Assembly (NCBI GenBank): GCA_014379075.1
Contig: JACMMN010000138.1
Span: forward strand, 1 to 33,406
Direction of reading: 5' to 3'
Length of the DNA: 33,406 nt
Source: Pyrinomonadaceae bacterium
Lineage (GTDB): Bacteria; Acidobacteriota; Blastocatellia; Pyrinomonadales; Pyrinomonadaceae
Both the position numbers and the translations under genes were made by a program. Below are positions 1 to 8,990 of the stretch, piece by piece (within the stretch, counting starts at the first letter, position 1; the number at the start of each line of letters is the position of its first letter). The notes beneath the pieces were generated by a model. The model was not told where the DNA came from and searched no databases. It saw only the letters and a program-made list of their open reading frames with translations.

Positions 1-3000
1 CCAGTCGAGCGCTTTATTCGTTTCTCCGAGAGCGTTATATGCGAGAGCTATCTCGAAGGCGAATCCGTAGGGGTTATTCTTAACGGACGGGTCCGAAACC
101 GCAGCGTCAAGTTCCCTTAAAATTACTTTCGCATCCCCGTTTAGCGCGGATATCTGTGTTTCAATGATCTTCCAGCCCGGATCGGATCTGTTTCCGCCGC
201 TGTAACTCAGTTCCTTATTAAACGAATCCATTGCGGAAGCGTGATCTTTCAAGGCAGTAAATGCCCAGCGTTTTACTTTGTAGGCGGGAATGGAACTTGC
301 GTCAAGGGAAAGGCTCGTGTTGGATTCCGCTATAGATTCGGCGAACCGCCCGGCCTGGTAATGGATCACGCCGGACGCAGATCGAATGGCGGCTGATCGC
401 GGATCCAGACGCTGAGCGATCTCGATCTCGGAAATAGCGTCCACATCTTTATTCATCGCCGCGAGGACCAGGGCGAACCAATGGTGGGCCTGGGCGTACG
501 ACGGATTAACCTGAATCGCCCGCAGGAACTCAAGTTCCGATCCGGCACGATCGCGTTGGTAATAAAACTTCACGTAGGCAAGCGATGCATGTGCTTCCGC
601 CAGATTGTCGTCCAAGGAAAGGGCCCGGCGGGCGAAATCGAGCGCTTTGGGATATGCATCCGGCGGCGGGGAAATGTCGTAGAGATTCAAAAGAGCATAA
701 GCGTCGGCGAGGCCGACATAAGCAAGTGCGAAACTGCCGTCGCGTTCCAGAGATTGTCCAAAGGCGGATATTGCCTTTCGCAAATTCTCGCCCGAACGGT
801 TTGCCATCTGATAGCGGCCGATAAGATAGAATTCGTAAGCCGATGCGTTTTGCGTGTAGCTTTTCTGAACCTGCTGGAGCTCCATCGGGAGAGGCTCAAT
901 GCCGAGAGACGTCCAGACCTTTTCAGCCAGCCGCGTTTGCATCGCGAAGAGATCGCCGTTCGCCGCGGCAAAGTTTTCAGCCCAGATCACATTGCCGGCG
1001 GGAGCGTGTATCAGCTCGGCGGAAAGAGTCGTTGTTCCTCCGTCTTTGAAAAGCTCACCGCGTAACAGATAAATGACTCCGCTGTCGGCCGCGATCCTTT
1101 TCGGCTCCAGATCGGCCATTGCACGGCCGCTGGCGGCGGATATGACCCGTATGCTTTTGATATTGCCGAGCTTATTTGTAAGCGCGTCCGCCAAACCGAC
1201 ACCGAGATTGTCGTGTGTGTCTTCCGAAGCTTTAAAGGGAAGAACGACGAGCGACGGGTTCTTGAAAGCCGCCGGTCTCAGATCCGTTTGAACCGCTCGG
1301 CCAGCCGTAGAGTATATATATAATGTAACGGCCGCCACAGGCAGTAAGAGAAGCAGAATAAGAGGCGCCACGTACAAAGGTTTGCGGGCTGCGAGCGGGA
1401 CGGCCGATATACCATCGTCGGTGAGATCGCCGTCTTCGATAACGAGTGTCGTCAGATTATGCATCGTCGCCGGTTCTTCCAGTGTTTCGCCCGTAACCGG
1501 GACGCCGGCCGCAAAGCTGTTGAAGAAAGGGCGGTAACCCGTTTGTTCTAAAATTGCGTCGAAACGCGGTTCTCCGCGTAAAATATCTAAAACCGGATCG
1601 ACACCCATCCAGTTCAGCCACGCTTCCTTTATTTCCGCGGCGGCTTCGAGGGAATCCATCGCTTGATCCTTATTATTTAGATAGCAATAAACCAGGGCCA
1701 TCTGATAAGGCGATACATATCGCTCGCCGGAAAGCTTTATAAGCTCGCTGATCTTTTCCTCGGCAGTTGTATTGTCCCGGTTCGCCGCGTAGCATTCGGC
1801 CTCGGAGAGCAAAGAGAAGACGCTGTTGCCCATCAACTCTTTTGCCTTTTCGTTTTCCTTAATTGCAAGAGCGGTTTCACCAACAATGCGATGAATTTTG
1901 CTCAATCCGTAGTAGCCAAAGCTGTATGCGGGGAAATCGTTGATCACACGGCGATAGCGTTCGGCCGCCTCGTCATACCGCCGGGCGTAATAGAGGCCCC
2001 AGCCAATATTGTGGTGATTGAAAGGCGTCAGCGGGTCGAGTTCGACGCTGCGGCCGGCAAAATCAAGGCCTTCGTTAAATCGGCCTTCGGTAAAGAGGAC
2101 TATTGAATACCATACGTATGCACTGGCATTGCCGGGATTTAATTCGATCGCCCGCCCAAGATGATATTCCGCCCGCGACCAATCATGATGGCCCGCGTGG
2201 AGCGATAAACCTAAACTAGCATGAGCTTCGGAAAGATCTTCGTTCAGTTCTACTGCTTTTGTCGCCGCTTCGATGGCGGGTACAAAGCATTCCTGCGGCG
2301 GCAGGACGCCAATTATACCCAGCCAGTTATAATATTCAGCGATACCTGCGTAGGCGTGAGCATAATCCGGATCGGAGGCGATCGCGCTGTGAAAACTGAC
2401 AAATGCCTTTGCGAAACCTTCCTCGGTAAAGCTGCTGAAATGATATCGGCCGCGCAGATAATGCTCGAAAGCCTCAGGATTCTCCGTGCCGCGTCTGCCA
2501 TATTCCTCAATTTCGCTGCCGGTCAACTGCGGCAGGAGGAGCTCGATAACTTTGTTTGCAAGTGTATCTTCGAGTGTAAAAAGATCGGATAACACCTCGT
2601 CGATGGAAGTGGCCCACACGGCGGCATTTTCCGCTACATTTAAAAGCTGCACAGTTACACGGAGCCTGTTACGTGACTTTTTTATGCTGCCATCGAGGAT
2701 ATAATCCGCGTTTAGTTCGTTACCGGCCCGGATCGGGTCTATCAGATCGTCCCCGAACGCCAGAATGGAACTCGTAGGCCTCACGATGAAACGCCCGACC
2801 TTGCTTAACCGCGTTATCAAAGCATCGGCGAGTCCGACACTCAAAAAACGGTCGTCCTTGTCTTCGGCGGCGGAAAGATTTAGGAATTTAAATGGCAGCA
2901 CGGCCAGAGCTTTTCTATTCTCCGGCACTTTGATAAGAGACGGCTGCGGATTTTCTCTATTTTCAGGCGAAAATTGCGGAGCCTCGATGCGGGCGCCGTT

Positions 3001-4191
3001 CAGGTGTCTGGAAATGTCCTTTGAAAACTCGGCGGCCGATTCGTAGCGATCCGAAGGCAGTTTAGCGAGAGCCTTTAATATAATATTATCGATATTATTT
3101 AACAGTTCGTTAACCAATTGCCTCGAATTCGTGCCGCGGGCATGAAGAAAGCTGTCTTCGGAATTCGAATATTTCAGAAGAAGGTTTTCTCGGACGCTGA
3201 TGATCTTGCTTGGCGGTTCCGGCATCACTTCGCAGATCACACGCGAAACTTCGTGGAGAGCGCGGCCGGCAAAATTATACGGACGATGGCCGGTTAGAAG
3301 TTCGTAAAGCAGAACACCAAGTGAATATATGTCGCTTGACGGCGTAACCTCCACGCCTTCAACCTGTTCGGGACTTGCATAATCGGGCGTCATCATTCGC
3401 AGCATCGAAGCCGTGGGATTTATCGATTCGTGGATAAGATCCGGGTCGAGAATTTTAGCAATGCCGAAATCGAGAAGCTTCGGTGCACCCGACCTGTTTA
3501 TAAGAATGTTGCCCGGTTTTATATCGCGGTGAATTATCTGTTTTGTGTGGGCATATTCGATCGCCGAGCAGATCTTCTGGAATATCTTCAAACGGTCGCG
3601 AACTTTCAGGCGATTCTTATCGCAATAATTGTAGAGAGTCTCGCCCTCGACAAATTCCATTACAAAATACGGGACGCTGTCGCCCGTCGTTCCACCGTCT
3701 AGAAGCCGGGCAATGAATGGATGTTCGAATGAGGCAAGAATTTGCCGTTCGTGGCGAAAGCGGCGAATAATAAAGTCCGAATCCATGCCGCGTTTAATTA
3801 ATTTTATCGCTACTTTTTGCTGAAATTCTCCGTCGGCGCGTTCCGCCAGATATACCGCACCCATTCCGCCGCGGCCGATCTCGCCGGTAACTTTATATAC
3901 ACCTATCTTTTTCCCGATGAAATCATCGCGGCCGTTTTCGCCGGCCTGTTCGTCGAGCGAGTTTGAAATTTCCTTTTTCGCTGAAGTATTCAGGAAATTA
4001 CTGTCTGTCCAAATCGGGGATTCAATAAAATTGTCGGCGGATTCGGAGCTGGCAAGGAGCTTTTCAACCTCGCGAAGTAGTCCTACGTCGTCCGCGCATT
4101 CACCTGCAAGAAATACAGCACGCTCGGCGCCGCTCAGGTCGATCGCCGTCTGGAATACTGCCTCGATTTTTTGCCATCGGTCAGGGGACAT
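1..4191 (-). CDS. Serine/threonine protein kinase with two TolB-N-like/TPR modules flanking a single TM helix; 3' end (C-terminus) lies beyond the window
   Basis: Not in the supplied ORF track because it runs off the window edge. The reverse complement from ATG at 4191 reads open for 1397 codons to position 1 (MSPDRWQKIEAVFQTAIDL...KALDW). Hanks kinase motifs are present: GRGGMGAVYLA, VAIKLIK, HRDIKPGNIL, DFGIAK, ASPEQ. Next come ALAVLPFKFLN..VGLADALITRL (about 2915-2800) plus TPR-like helices, then a hydrophobic segment PLYVAPLILLLLLPVAAVTLYIY (about 1310-1385). A second module SLVVLPFKAS..VGLADALTNKL (about 1260-1170) plus TPR-like helices follows. The plus-strand ORFs listed here are short fragments typical of the antisense of a real gene. 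Confidence 0.9.
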   Translation of the reverse strand, partial: MSPDRWQKIEAVFQTAIDLSGAERAVFLAGECADDVGLLREVEKLLASSESADNFIESPIWTDSNFLNTSAKKEISNSLDEQAGENGRDDFIGKKIGVYKVTGEIGRGGMGAVYLAERADGEFQQKVAIKLIKRGMDSDFIIRRFRHERQILASFEHPFIARLLDGGTTGDSVPYFVMEFVEGETLYNYCDKNRLKVRDRLKIFQKICSAIEYAHTKQIIHRDIKPGNILINRSGAPKLLDFGIAKILDPDLIHESINPTASMLRMMTPDYASPEQVEGVEVTPSSDIYSLGVLLYELLTGHRPYNFAGRALHEVSRVICEVMPEPPSKIISVRENLLLKYSNSEDSFLHARGTNSRQLVNELLNNIDNIILKALAKLPSDRYESAAEFSKDISRHLNGARIEAPQFSPENRENPQPSLIKVPENRKALAVLPFKFLNLSAAEDKDDRFLSVGLADALITRLSKVGRFIVRPTSSILAFGDDLIDPIRAGNELNADYILDGSIKKSRNRLRVTVQLLNVAENAAVWATSIDEVLSDLFTLEDTLANKVIELLLPQLTGSEIEEYGRRGTENPEAFEHYLRGRYHFSSFTEEGFAKAFVSFHSAIASDPDYAHAYAGIAEYYNWLGIIGVLPPQECFVPAIEAATKAVELNEDLSEAHASLGLSLHAGHHDWSRAEYHLGRAIELNPGNASAYVWYSIVLFTEGRFNEGLDFAGRSVELDPLTPFNHHNIGWGLYYARRYDEAAERYRRVINDFPAYSFGYYGLSKIHRIVGETALAIKENEKAKELMGNSVFSLLSEAECYAANRDNTTAEEKISELIKLSGERYVSPYQMALVYCYLNNKDQAMDSLEAAAEIKEAWLNWMGVDPVLDILRGEPRFDAILEQTGYRPFFNSFAAGVPVTGETLEEPATMHNLTTLVIEDGDLTDDGISAVPLAARKPLYVAPLILLLLLPVAAVTLYIYSTAGRAVQTDLRPAAFKNPSLVVLPFKASEDTHDNLGVGLADALTNKLGNIKSIRVISAASGRAMADLEPKRIAADSGVIYLLRGELFKDGGTTTLSAELIHAPAGNVIWAENFAAANGDLFAMQTRLAEKVWTSLGIEPLPMELQQVQKSYTQNASAYEFYLIGRYQMANRSGENLRKAISAFGQSLERDGSFALAYVGLADAYALLNLYDISPPPDAYPKALDFARRALSLDDNLAEAHASLAYVKFYYQRDRAGSELEFLRAIQVNPSYAQAHHWFALVLAAMNKDVDAISEIEIAQRLDPRSAAIRSASGVIHYQAGRFAESIAESNTSLSLDASSIPAYKVKRWAFTALKDHASAMDSFNKELSYSGGNRSDPGWKIIETQISALNGDAKVILRELDAAVSDPSVKNNPYGFAFEIALAYNALGETNKALDW

Positions 4192-4313
4192 TCCCAGATA
4201 TTATAACTAAATTTGGACGTAAGGCATCAAGGCGGTGAGGTTAGTGAAAAAGCTTCCACACGAAAACTAGACCGGTCGGCTTCAAGGTATCTGACTGACA
4301 ATGTTTAAAGATG

Positions 4314-4343
4314 TTGACCAAGTGTCATTTCCCGTTGTAAAAT
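4314..4343 (+). promoter_or_regulatory. Candidate sigma70-type promoter for the HD-GYP sensor gene
   Basis: TTGACC (4314-4319), an 18-nt spacer, then TAAAAT (4338-4343). It lies about 30 nt upstream of ATG 4374 in the 182-nt divergent intergenic region. Motif match only. Confidence 0.3.
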
Positions 4344-4373
4344 TGTCTTGGCCCAACTTCCACGACCTATCCG

Positions 4374-6179
4374 ATGCCCCGAAAACCTACTAAAATCAGT
4401 CTCATATACTTTGTCATATTCACGCTTTTACTAGTTGGCCTGGTTCCGCTTGTATTGACGGGCTGGTTATTGTCCGAGAGGAGCGCTCAGGAATTACGGG
4501 CAGTCGAGAACCGTTACCAGATCCAGCTTGTTCAGGAAAAGGCCCGGCAAATAGAAATGTTCGGCCAGCGTTACGGCGACTTGGTAAAGAATCTCGCAGA
4601 TGCATTCGAGCTTTCCAATAATATGGAAACGCTTTCTTCATCGCAAACCGAGGAAAGGCTCGGAGCAACACTAAAGGAAAACCCGAACGTATTGGCACTA
4701 TATTTAAAACCTGCAAATGCCGAATCGCTTTCGATCTTCCGTCCCGGCATTATCGTCAAAGAAGAGATCGAATCTATCTCCCTCGACGCCCTGACCGAAG
4801 CCGGAGCGCAGGAATTGTTTATCGGCTCGCCGAAAAAAGCGTCGTCAAGCGGTGAAGCAGTAATGACGATGGTTTCCCGGATATCCGTTGGCGGCGACAC
4901 CGAGGCATCGGTTGTCGCGATCGTATCTCTGAAAGAAATTGCCCGGAGCGTCGTCGGCATAAATTCGATAAGCGAAGACCAATTATGGAAAGCCGGCCTG
5001 CCGATCATCTTTGTTATCGACCAAAATGGAAACGCTATATTTCACCCGGACCAGAGTCTTGTCGATGAACAGAGATCTCTCTCCAACCTAAAGATCGTGG
5101 GCGAATGGCAGCAATCCAACCGCCAGATCCAATCGGGACTGGTTCCTTTTACCGCTGAATTCGAAGGGAATACGTATGACATGATCGGGGCGTATTCGAC
5201 TGTGCATCTCGGATCGGGAACAACATTCGGCGTTATAACGATGCAGGACGAGCGAAGGGCATTAGCGTCGGTCGGGGAAATGCGAACGCAGACGTGGATC
5301 ATTAGTTTAGCATTTGCTTTGTTCGCGCTGGTGATCGGACTAGGTGCGGCCCGGTCCCTAACGTCTCCCTTGCTAAAACTCTCGACCGCAGCGGAAAAGA
5401 TCGCGCTCGGCGACCTTTCGACCAGAGTTGAAACCCGGAACATAACCGAGATCGGAACGTTAGGCGAATCGTTCAATACGATGAGCGATAAGCTGGAAGA
5501 ACATATCGCACGGCTCGCGAAAGCGGCGACGGAGAATCGCGAATTGTTCGTCGGGACGGTAAAAGCACTGGCAGCCGCCATTGACGGGAAGGATAAATAT
5601 ACCCGCGGCCATTCGGAAAGAGTTTCTCGAATTTCAGTGGCCATCGGCCGTCAGATGAAGCTCGGAGCGGACGAGCTTGAGACATTGCGAATAAGCGCTT
5701 TGCTGCACGATGTCGGTAAGATCGCGATCGACGATTCCATCCTCAAAAAACCGGCTGCCCTGACATCTGAAGAATTCGAAATAATGAAAACGCATCCGCA
5801 GAAAGGCTATAAGATCATGTCGCAGATTCCCGCGATGAAAGATTTTTTGCCCGGAATGTACATGCATCACGAAATGGTGAATGGACAAGGATATCCGCAA
5901 GGGCTGACCGATAAACAAATCCCGCTGCAGGCGAAGATCGTCTCGGTCGCCGACACGTTTGATGCGATGACAATAGACCGTCCTTATTCGAAGGGAATGC
6001 TGCTGCCCGACGCGCTGAAGCGGATCGAAGAATTCGTCGGGACGAGATATGACCCGGAAGTGGTAAAGGCTCTGATCCGAGGGTGCGAAGCAGGCCAGAT
6101 CGGAAATGGCGTGGTTCGTTTCATGGCAAATCAGGAAGTTGTGGAAGATACCGCGGACATTTTGAGTATTGCATCGTAA
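4374..6179 (+). CDS. Membrane sensor with periplasmic Cache-like region, HAMP domain and HD-GYP domain (probable c-di-GMP phosphodiesterase)
   Basis: 601-aa ORF. It has an N-terminal TM (ISLIYFVIFTLLLVGLVPLVLTGWLL), a second TM (TWIISLAFALFALVIGLGAA), then a HAMP-like segment (SPLLKLSTAAEKIALGDLSTRV...ITEIGTLGESFNTMSDKLEEH). HD-GYP signatures are present: GHSERV, LLHDVGKIAI, HHEMVNGQGYPQGL, DTFDAMT. Confidence 0.9.
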   Translation: MPRKPTKISLIYFVIFTLLLVGLVPLVLTGWLLSERSAQELRAVENRYQIQLVQEKARQIEMFGQRYGDLVKNLADAFELSNNMETLSSSQTEERLGATLKENPNVLALYLKPANAESLSIFRPGIIVKEEIESISLDALTEAGAQELFIGSPKKASSSGEAVMTMVSRISVGGDTEASVVAIVSLKEIARSVVGINSISEDQLWKAGLPIIFVIDQNGNAIFHPDQSLVDEQRSLSNLKIVGEWQQSNRQIQSGLVPFTAEFEGNTYDMIGAYSTVHLGSGTTFGVITMQDERRALASVGEMRTQTWIISLAFALFALVIGLGAARSLTSPLLKLSTAAEKIALGDLSTRVETRNITEIGTLGESFNTMSDKLEEHIARLAKAATENRELFVGTVKALAAAIDGKDKYTRGHSERVSRISVAIGRQMKLGADELETLRISALLHDVGKIAIDDSILKKPAALTSEEFEIMKTHPQKGYKIMSQIPAMKDFLPGMYMHHEMVNGQGYPQGLTDKQIPLQAKIVSVADTFDAMTIDRPYSKGMLLPDALKRIEEFVGTRYDPEVVKALIRGCEAGQIGNGVVRFMANQEVVEDTADILSIAS

Positions 6180-6180
6180 T

Positions 6181-7815
6181 ATGAGTGCAGAGAGTTTACA
6201 GGAACGGTGGGAAGTGGAGGCCGGCGGTGCCGTTTACGGGGCGTCTTACAGCGAACTTCCGGAATGGATCGGCGAAGGCTCACTTTTACCCGGCGACAAG
6301 GTGCGCAGAGGCAATCTTCGCTGGATCGAGGCCGGTAAAGTTCCGTTTCTCATTCCTTTTTTTAATGCTAAAGCCGAGGGGCTTCCAATGCCCGTGATTT
6401 CGCCCGCAAGTAGTCCAGAACCGTTGCAAAATATTATTTCGTCCGGTGAAACAGGGATGATCGAAGTCAATACCTTTTCAAGTCCCCACATTCGATCAGA
6501 ACAGGCAAGTCCGGAGCCGGCCGAGAAACGAAACAGCAAAGATCCAGGCGTTTGCAGTATTCATGGCGATCGGGAAACGTTTTATCTTTGCGGCTCCTGC
6601 GATACTCCGTTTTGCAAAGCCTGTCCGAAATCCTACGGCGGATCGGTAAAGATATGTCCCGATTGCGGATCGCTTTGCAAACCGCTGGGAGAAATGCAGG
6701 ACTCTCGAAGTGTTGACCTGCAAAGGGCAGCCGCATTGACCGAAGGTTTTGGCATAGGTGACTTTCTTAACGCGATGGCTCACCCGTTCAAGTTCAAAAT
6801 TAGTTTGTTCTTCGGCGCTCTTATGTTCATGTTCTTCACGCTGGGGCAATCAGTCTCAGCGCTCGGCGGTATTTTAATGTTTTCGTCTGCTATATTCTGC
6901 GTGATGCTGGCTAATATGCTGACTTTTGGCATACTTGCGAATACTGTCGACAATTTTTCACAGGGCCGCGTGGAATCGAATTTTATGCCGGAATTCGAAG
7001 ATTTTTCGATCTGGGAGGATGTGCTGCATCCGTTCGTCCTGAGCATAGGAGTATACATCTCTTCATTCGGGCCTTTCATTTTGGTTATGATAATCGGGAT
7101 GTACTTTGTGTTGAGTTCGCTGGGTGCTCAAAAAGAGATTTTTCAAAACGAGATAGAAAAGATTCCCGGCACGGAGTATTACACGCCCGACCGTACGCTG
7201 CAGCAATCTGAAGAGGTAAAAAAACTCATCGGCAACGTTTCGGAACAGAACGAAAAACGGCTGGACGCTCAAGATGAGATTGCAGCCGGAAGTCCGTCGG
7301 CATCGGCAATTGATGAAAATGCGGATGATGCCAAGTTCGTGGAGCGCTCGATCCAGGAAAGCCGCAAAGCTCAGCTAGAAGCGGCAGTCGGCAAGCCGTC
7401 TGAAACTCAATACCACCAGCTTGCAAGTATTTTAAAGCTGGCTGCTCCTCTTGCCGTTTTGGGAATGATCACCTTTCTCTGGGGACTGTTTTATTTCCCG
7501 GCCGCCTGCGCGGTTGCAGGTTATACCAAATCATTTAGAGAGACGTTGAATCCGATGGTTGGCCTCGACACCATAAAAAGACTGGGATTCATTTACGTCA
7601 AGCTTTTGGCGATGGGTTTAACGATCCTGATCGCATCAGTGATCATTGGAACGATCCTGAACGCGGTGCTTATGCCTTTCGATCTGCCCGGGATGGGTAA
7701 TCTCCCCACGAAGGCTATCGGAAGCCTGTTTGGATTTTATTTTTCGATCGTATTTTCATGCCTGATCGGCTATGCCCTTTTCAAGGCTTCCGACCGTTTA
7801 GAACTTTACAAATAA
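6181..7815 (+). CDS. Multi-pass membrane protein with N-terminal GYF_2-like domain and a B-box/zinc-ribbon-like Cys/His cluster
   Basis: The ORF is open from TTG 6169. ATG 6181 sits one nt after the upstream TAA (TAAtATG), so it is the likelier start. The N-terminus WEVEAGGAVYGASYSELPEWIGEGSLLPGDKVRRGNLRWIEAGKVPFL resembles GYF_2/DUF4339. A Cys/His cluster follows: CSIHGDRETFYLCGSCDTPFCKACPKSYGGSVKICPDCGSLC. There are two blocks of hydrophobic helices separated by a charged roughly 100-aa loop. I recognise no family for the membrane part with confidence. Confidence 0.75.
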   Translation: MSAESLQERWEVEAGGAVYGASYSELPEWIGEGSLLPGDKVRRGNLRWIEAGKVPFLIPFFNAKAEGLPMPVISPASSPEPLQNIISSGETGMIEVNTFSSPHIRSEQASPEPAEKRNSKDPGVCSIHGDRETFYLCGSCDTPFCKACPKSYGGSVKICPDCGSLCKPLGEMQDSRSVDLQRAAALTEGFGIGDFLNAMAHPFKFKISLFFGALMFMFFTLGQSVSALGGILMFSSAIFCVMLANMLTFGILANTVDNFSQGRVESNFMPEFEDFSIWEDVLHPFVLSIGVYISSFGPFILVMIIGMYFVLSSLGAQKEIFQNEIEKIPGTEYYTPDRTLQQSEEVKKLIGNVSEQNEKRLDAQDEIAAGSPSASAIDENADDAKFVERSIQESRKAQLEAAVGKPSETQYHQLASILKLAAPLAVLGMITFLWGLFYFPAACAVAGYTKSFRETLNPMVGLDTIKRLGFIYVKLLAMGLTILIASVIIGTILNAVLMPFDLPGMGNLPTKAIGSLFGFYFSIVFSCLIGYALFKASDRLELYK

Positions 7816-7819
7816 TTGA

Positions 7820-7864
7820 ACGGGATGTGCTGTCCGCATAAGTATGCGGACAAGTACATCCCGT
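7820..7864 (+). other. Compound hairpin immediately after the stop codon of the preceding gene
   Basis: The outer stem pairs acgggatgt (7820-7828) with acatcccgt (7856-7864). The inner stem pairs gtccgcat with atgcggac. No U-tract follows directly. Confidence 0.5.
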
Positions 7865-7880
7865 CCCATAGTTTTCGAAT

Positions 7881-7916
7881 GATATCGCACATTGTTTGAT
7901 GTGCGATATTTTTTTA
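7881..7916 (+). terminator. Rho-independent terminator closing the HD-GYP / membrane-protein unit
   Basis: A perfect 11-bp stem pairs atatcgcacat (7882-7892) with atgtgcgatat (7899-7909). The loop is tgtttg, followed by T7 (7910-7916). Confidence 0.8.
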
Positions 7917-7955
7917 TACTTAAAAGTTTACTTCAGATAGGTTTACATAATATTT

Positions 7956-8990
7956 ATGGCATTGTTTTGGCGGCGGAATAAGGAAGACAAATTTTCAACA
8001 TCGGTTTTAGGCCTCGATAGATCGATAGAAGATCTAAAAAAGCAGGAAGCGGCCGTCGAGAAGGAGATCGGCGTACGCTTTACAAGGGCGATAGCGAAAA
8101 CCCGCGATTCGATCAACACGAAACTCGACACGATTTTCGAAGGACGCAAGCAGATCGACGAGACCTTGCTGGATGAACTCGAGGAAATGCTTATCTCGAC
8201 CGATATCGGCGTGCAGACTACGATGCAGGTTCTAGAAGCGATCCGCAAAGGTGTATCGCGGCAGGAGATCAACGATCTGGATGCACTAAAATCGGTGATG
8301 AAGAGCGAGCTTCTCGAAATTCTGCATCACTCAACGGATGCCGGCGTCGCATCGGAAGCTACCGTTCCCGAAACTATAAAGCCTTATGTTTTAATGGTCG
8401 TCGGCGTCAATGGAGTCGGCAAAACCACCACTATCGGAAAGCTTGCGCAGAGAATCAAAAACGAAGGTAATGACGTTTTGATCTGTGCCGCCGACACATT
8501 CCGGGCGGCTGCTTCGGAACAGCTTGAGATCTGGGCAACACGGGCGGGTGTGCCGTTGATCCAGCAAAAACACGGAACCGATCCGGCTGCGGTTTTATTC
8601 GACGCTTTGCAATCAGCCAAATCCCGCAAGTCCGATGTGTTGATCGTTGATACCGCCGGCCGCTTACACAATAAGTCCAATTTAATGGCTGAACTTGAAA
8701 AAATGAAACGAATTTCAGCCCGCGAAGTTGCTCAGGCCCCGCATGAAACGCTGCTCGTCATCGACGCCGTAACCGGTCAAAACGGCCTCGAACAAGCCCG
8801 GCAATTTATGAAAGTAGCAGATGTAACTGGAATTGTCCTAACAAAACTCGACGGCACCGCCAAAGGCGGCATAGCGGTCGCTATCGCAAAAGAGCTGAAT
8901 CTTCCGATACGCTACGTCGGCATTGGCGAACAGGTTGACGATCTAATGGTATTCGACGCGGAAAGCTATGTGAACGGCTTGTTTAATTAA
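7956..8990 (+). CDS. ftsY: Signal recognition particle receptor FtsY
   Basis: 344 aa with SRP-GTPase NG domain motifs: [43 protein letters not shown]. Confidence 0.95.
   Translation: MALFWRRNKEDKFSTSVLGLDRSIEDLKKQEAAVEKEIGVRFTRAIAKTRDSINTKLDTIFEGRKQIDETLLDELEEMLISTDIGVQTTMQVLEAIRKGVSRQEINDLDALKSVMKSELLEILHHSTDAGVASEATVPETIKPYVLMVVGVNGVGKTTTIGKLAQRIKNEGNDVLICAADTFRAAASEQLEIWATRAGVPLIQQKHGTDPAAVLFDALQSAKSRKSDVLIVDTAGRLHNKSNLMAELEKMKRISAREVAQAPHETLLVIDAVTGQNGLEQARQFMKVADVTGIVLTKLDGTAKGGIAVAIAKELNLPIRYVGIGEQVDDLMVFDAESYVNGLFN

Noticed and set aside
481-4210. A string of plus-strand ORFs (62-194 aa) in the track across the first 4.2 kb
   Set aside because: They are short, fragmented and of low-complexity composition (Arg/Ser/Ala-rich). 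They lie antisense to a continuous 1397-codon minus-strand frame with unmistakable kinase motifs, so they are shadow ORFs.
4693-4715. TGGCAC motifs (4693-4698, also about 9425-9430) that could be sigma-54 -24 boxes, given rpoN in the window
   Set aside because: No TTGC(A) -12 element sits at the required spacing, and both lie inside coding sequence. I found no convincing GG-N10-GC promoter upstream of any gene in the window.
5042-5644. A 200-aa minus-strand ORF inside the HD-GYP gene. Similar long antisense ORFs occur at 4571-5008, 9556-10050, 28934-29476 and 31764-32213.
   Set aside because: Each is fully embedded antisense in a gene with clear family motifs, has no recognisable motif of its own and has biased Ser/Arg/Ala composition. 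They are most likely chance open frames.
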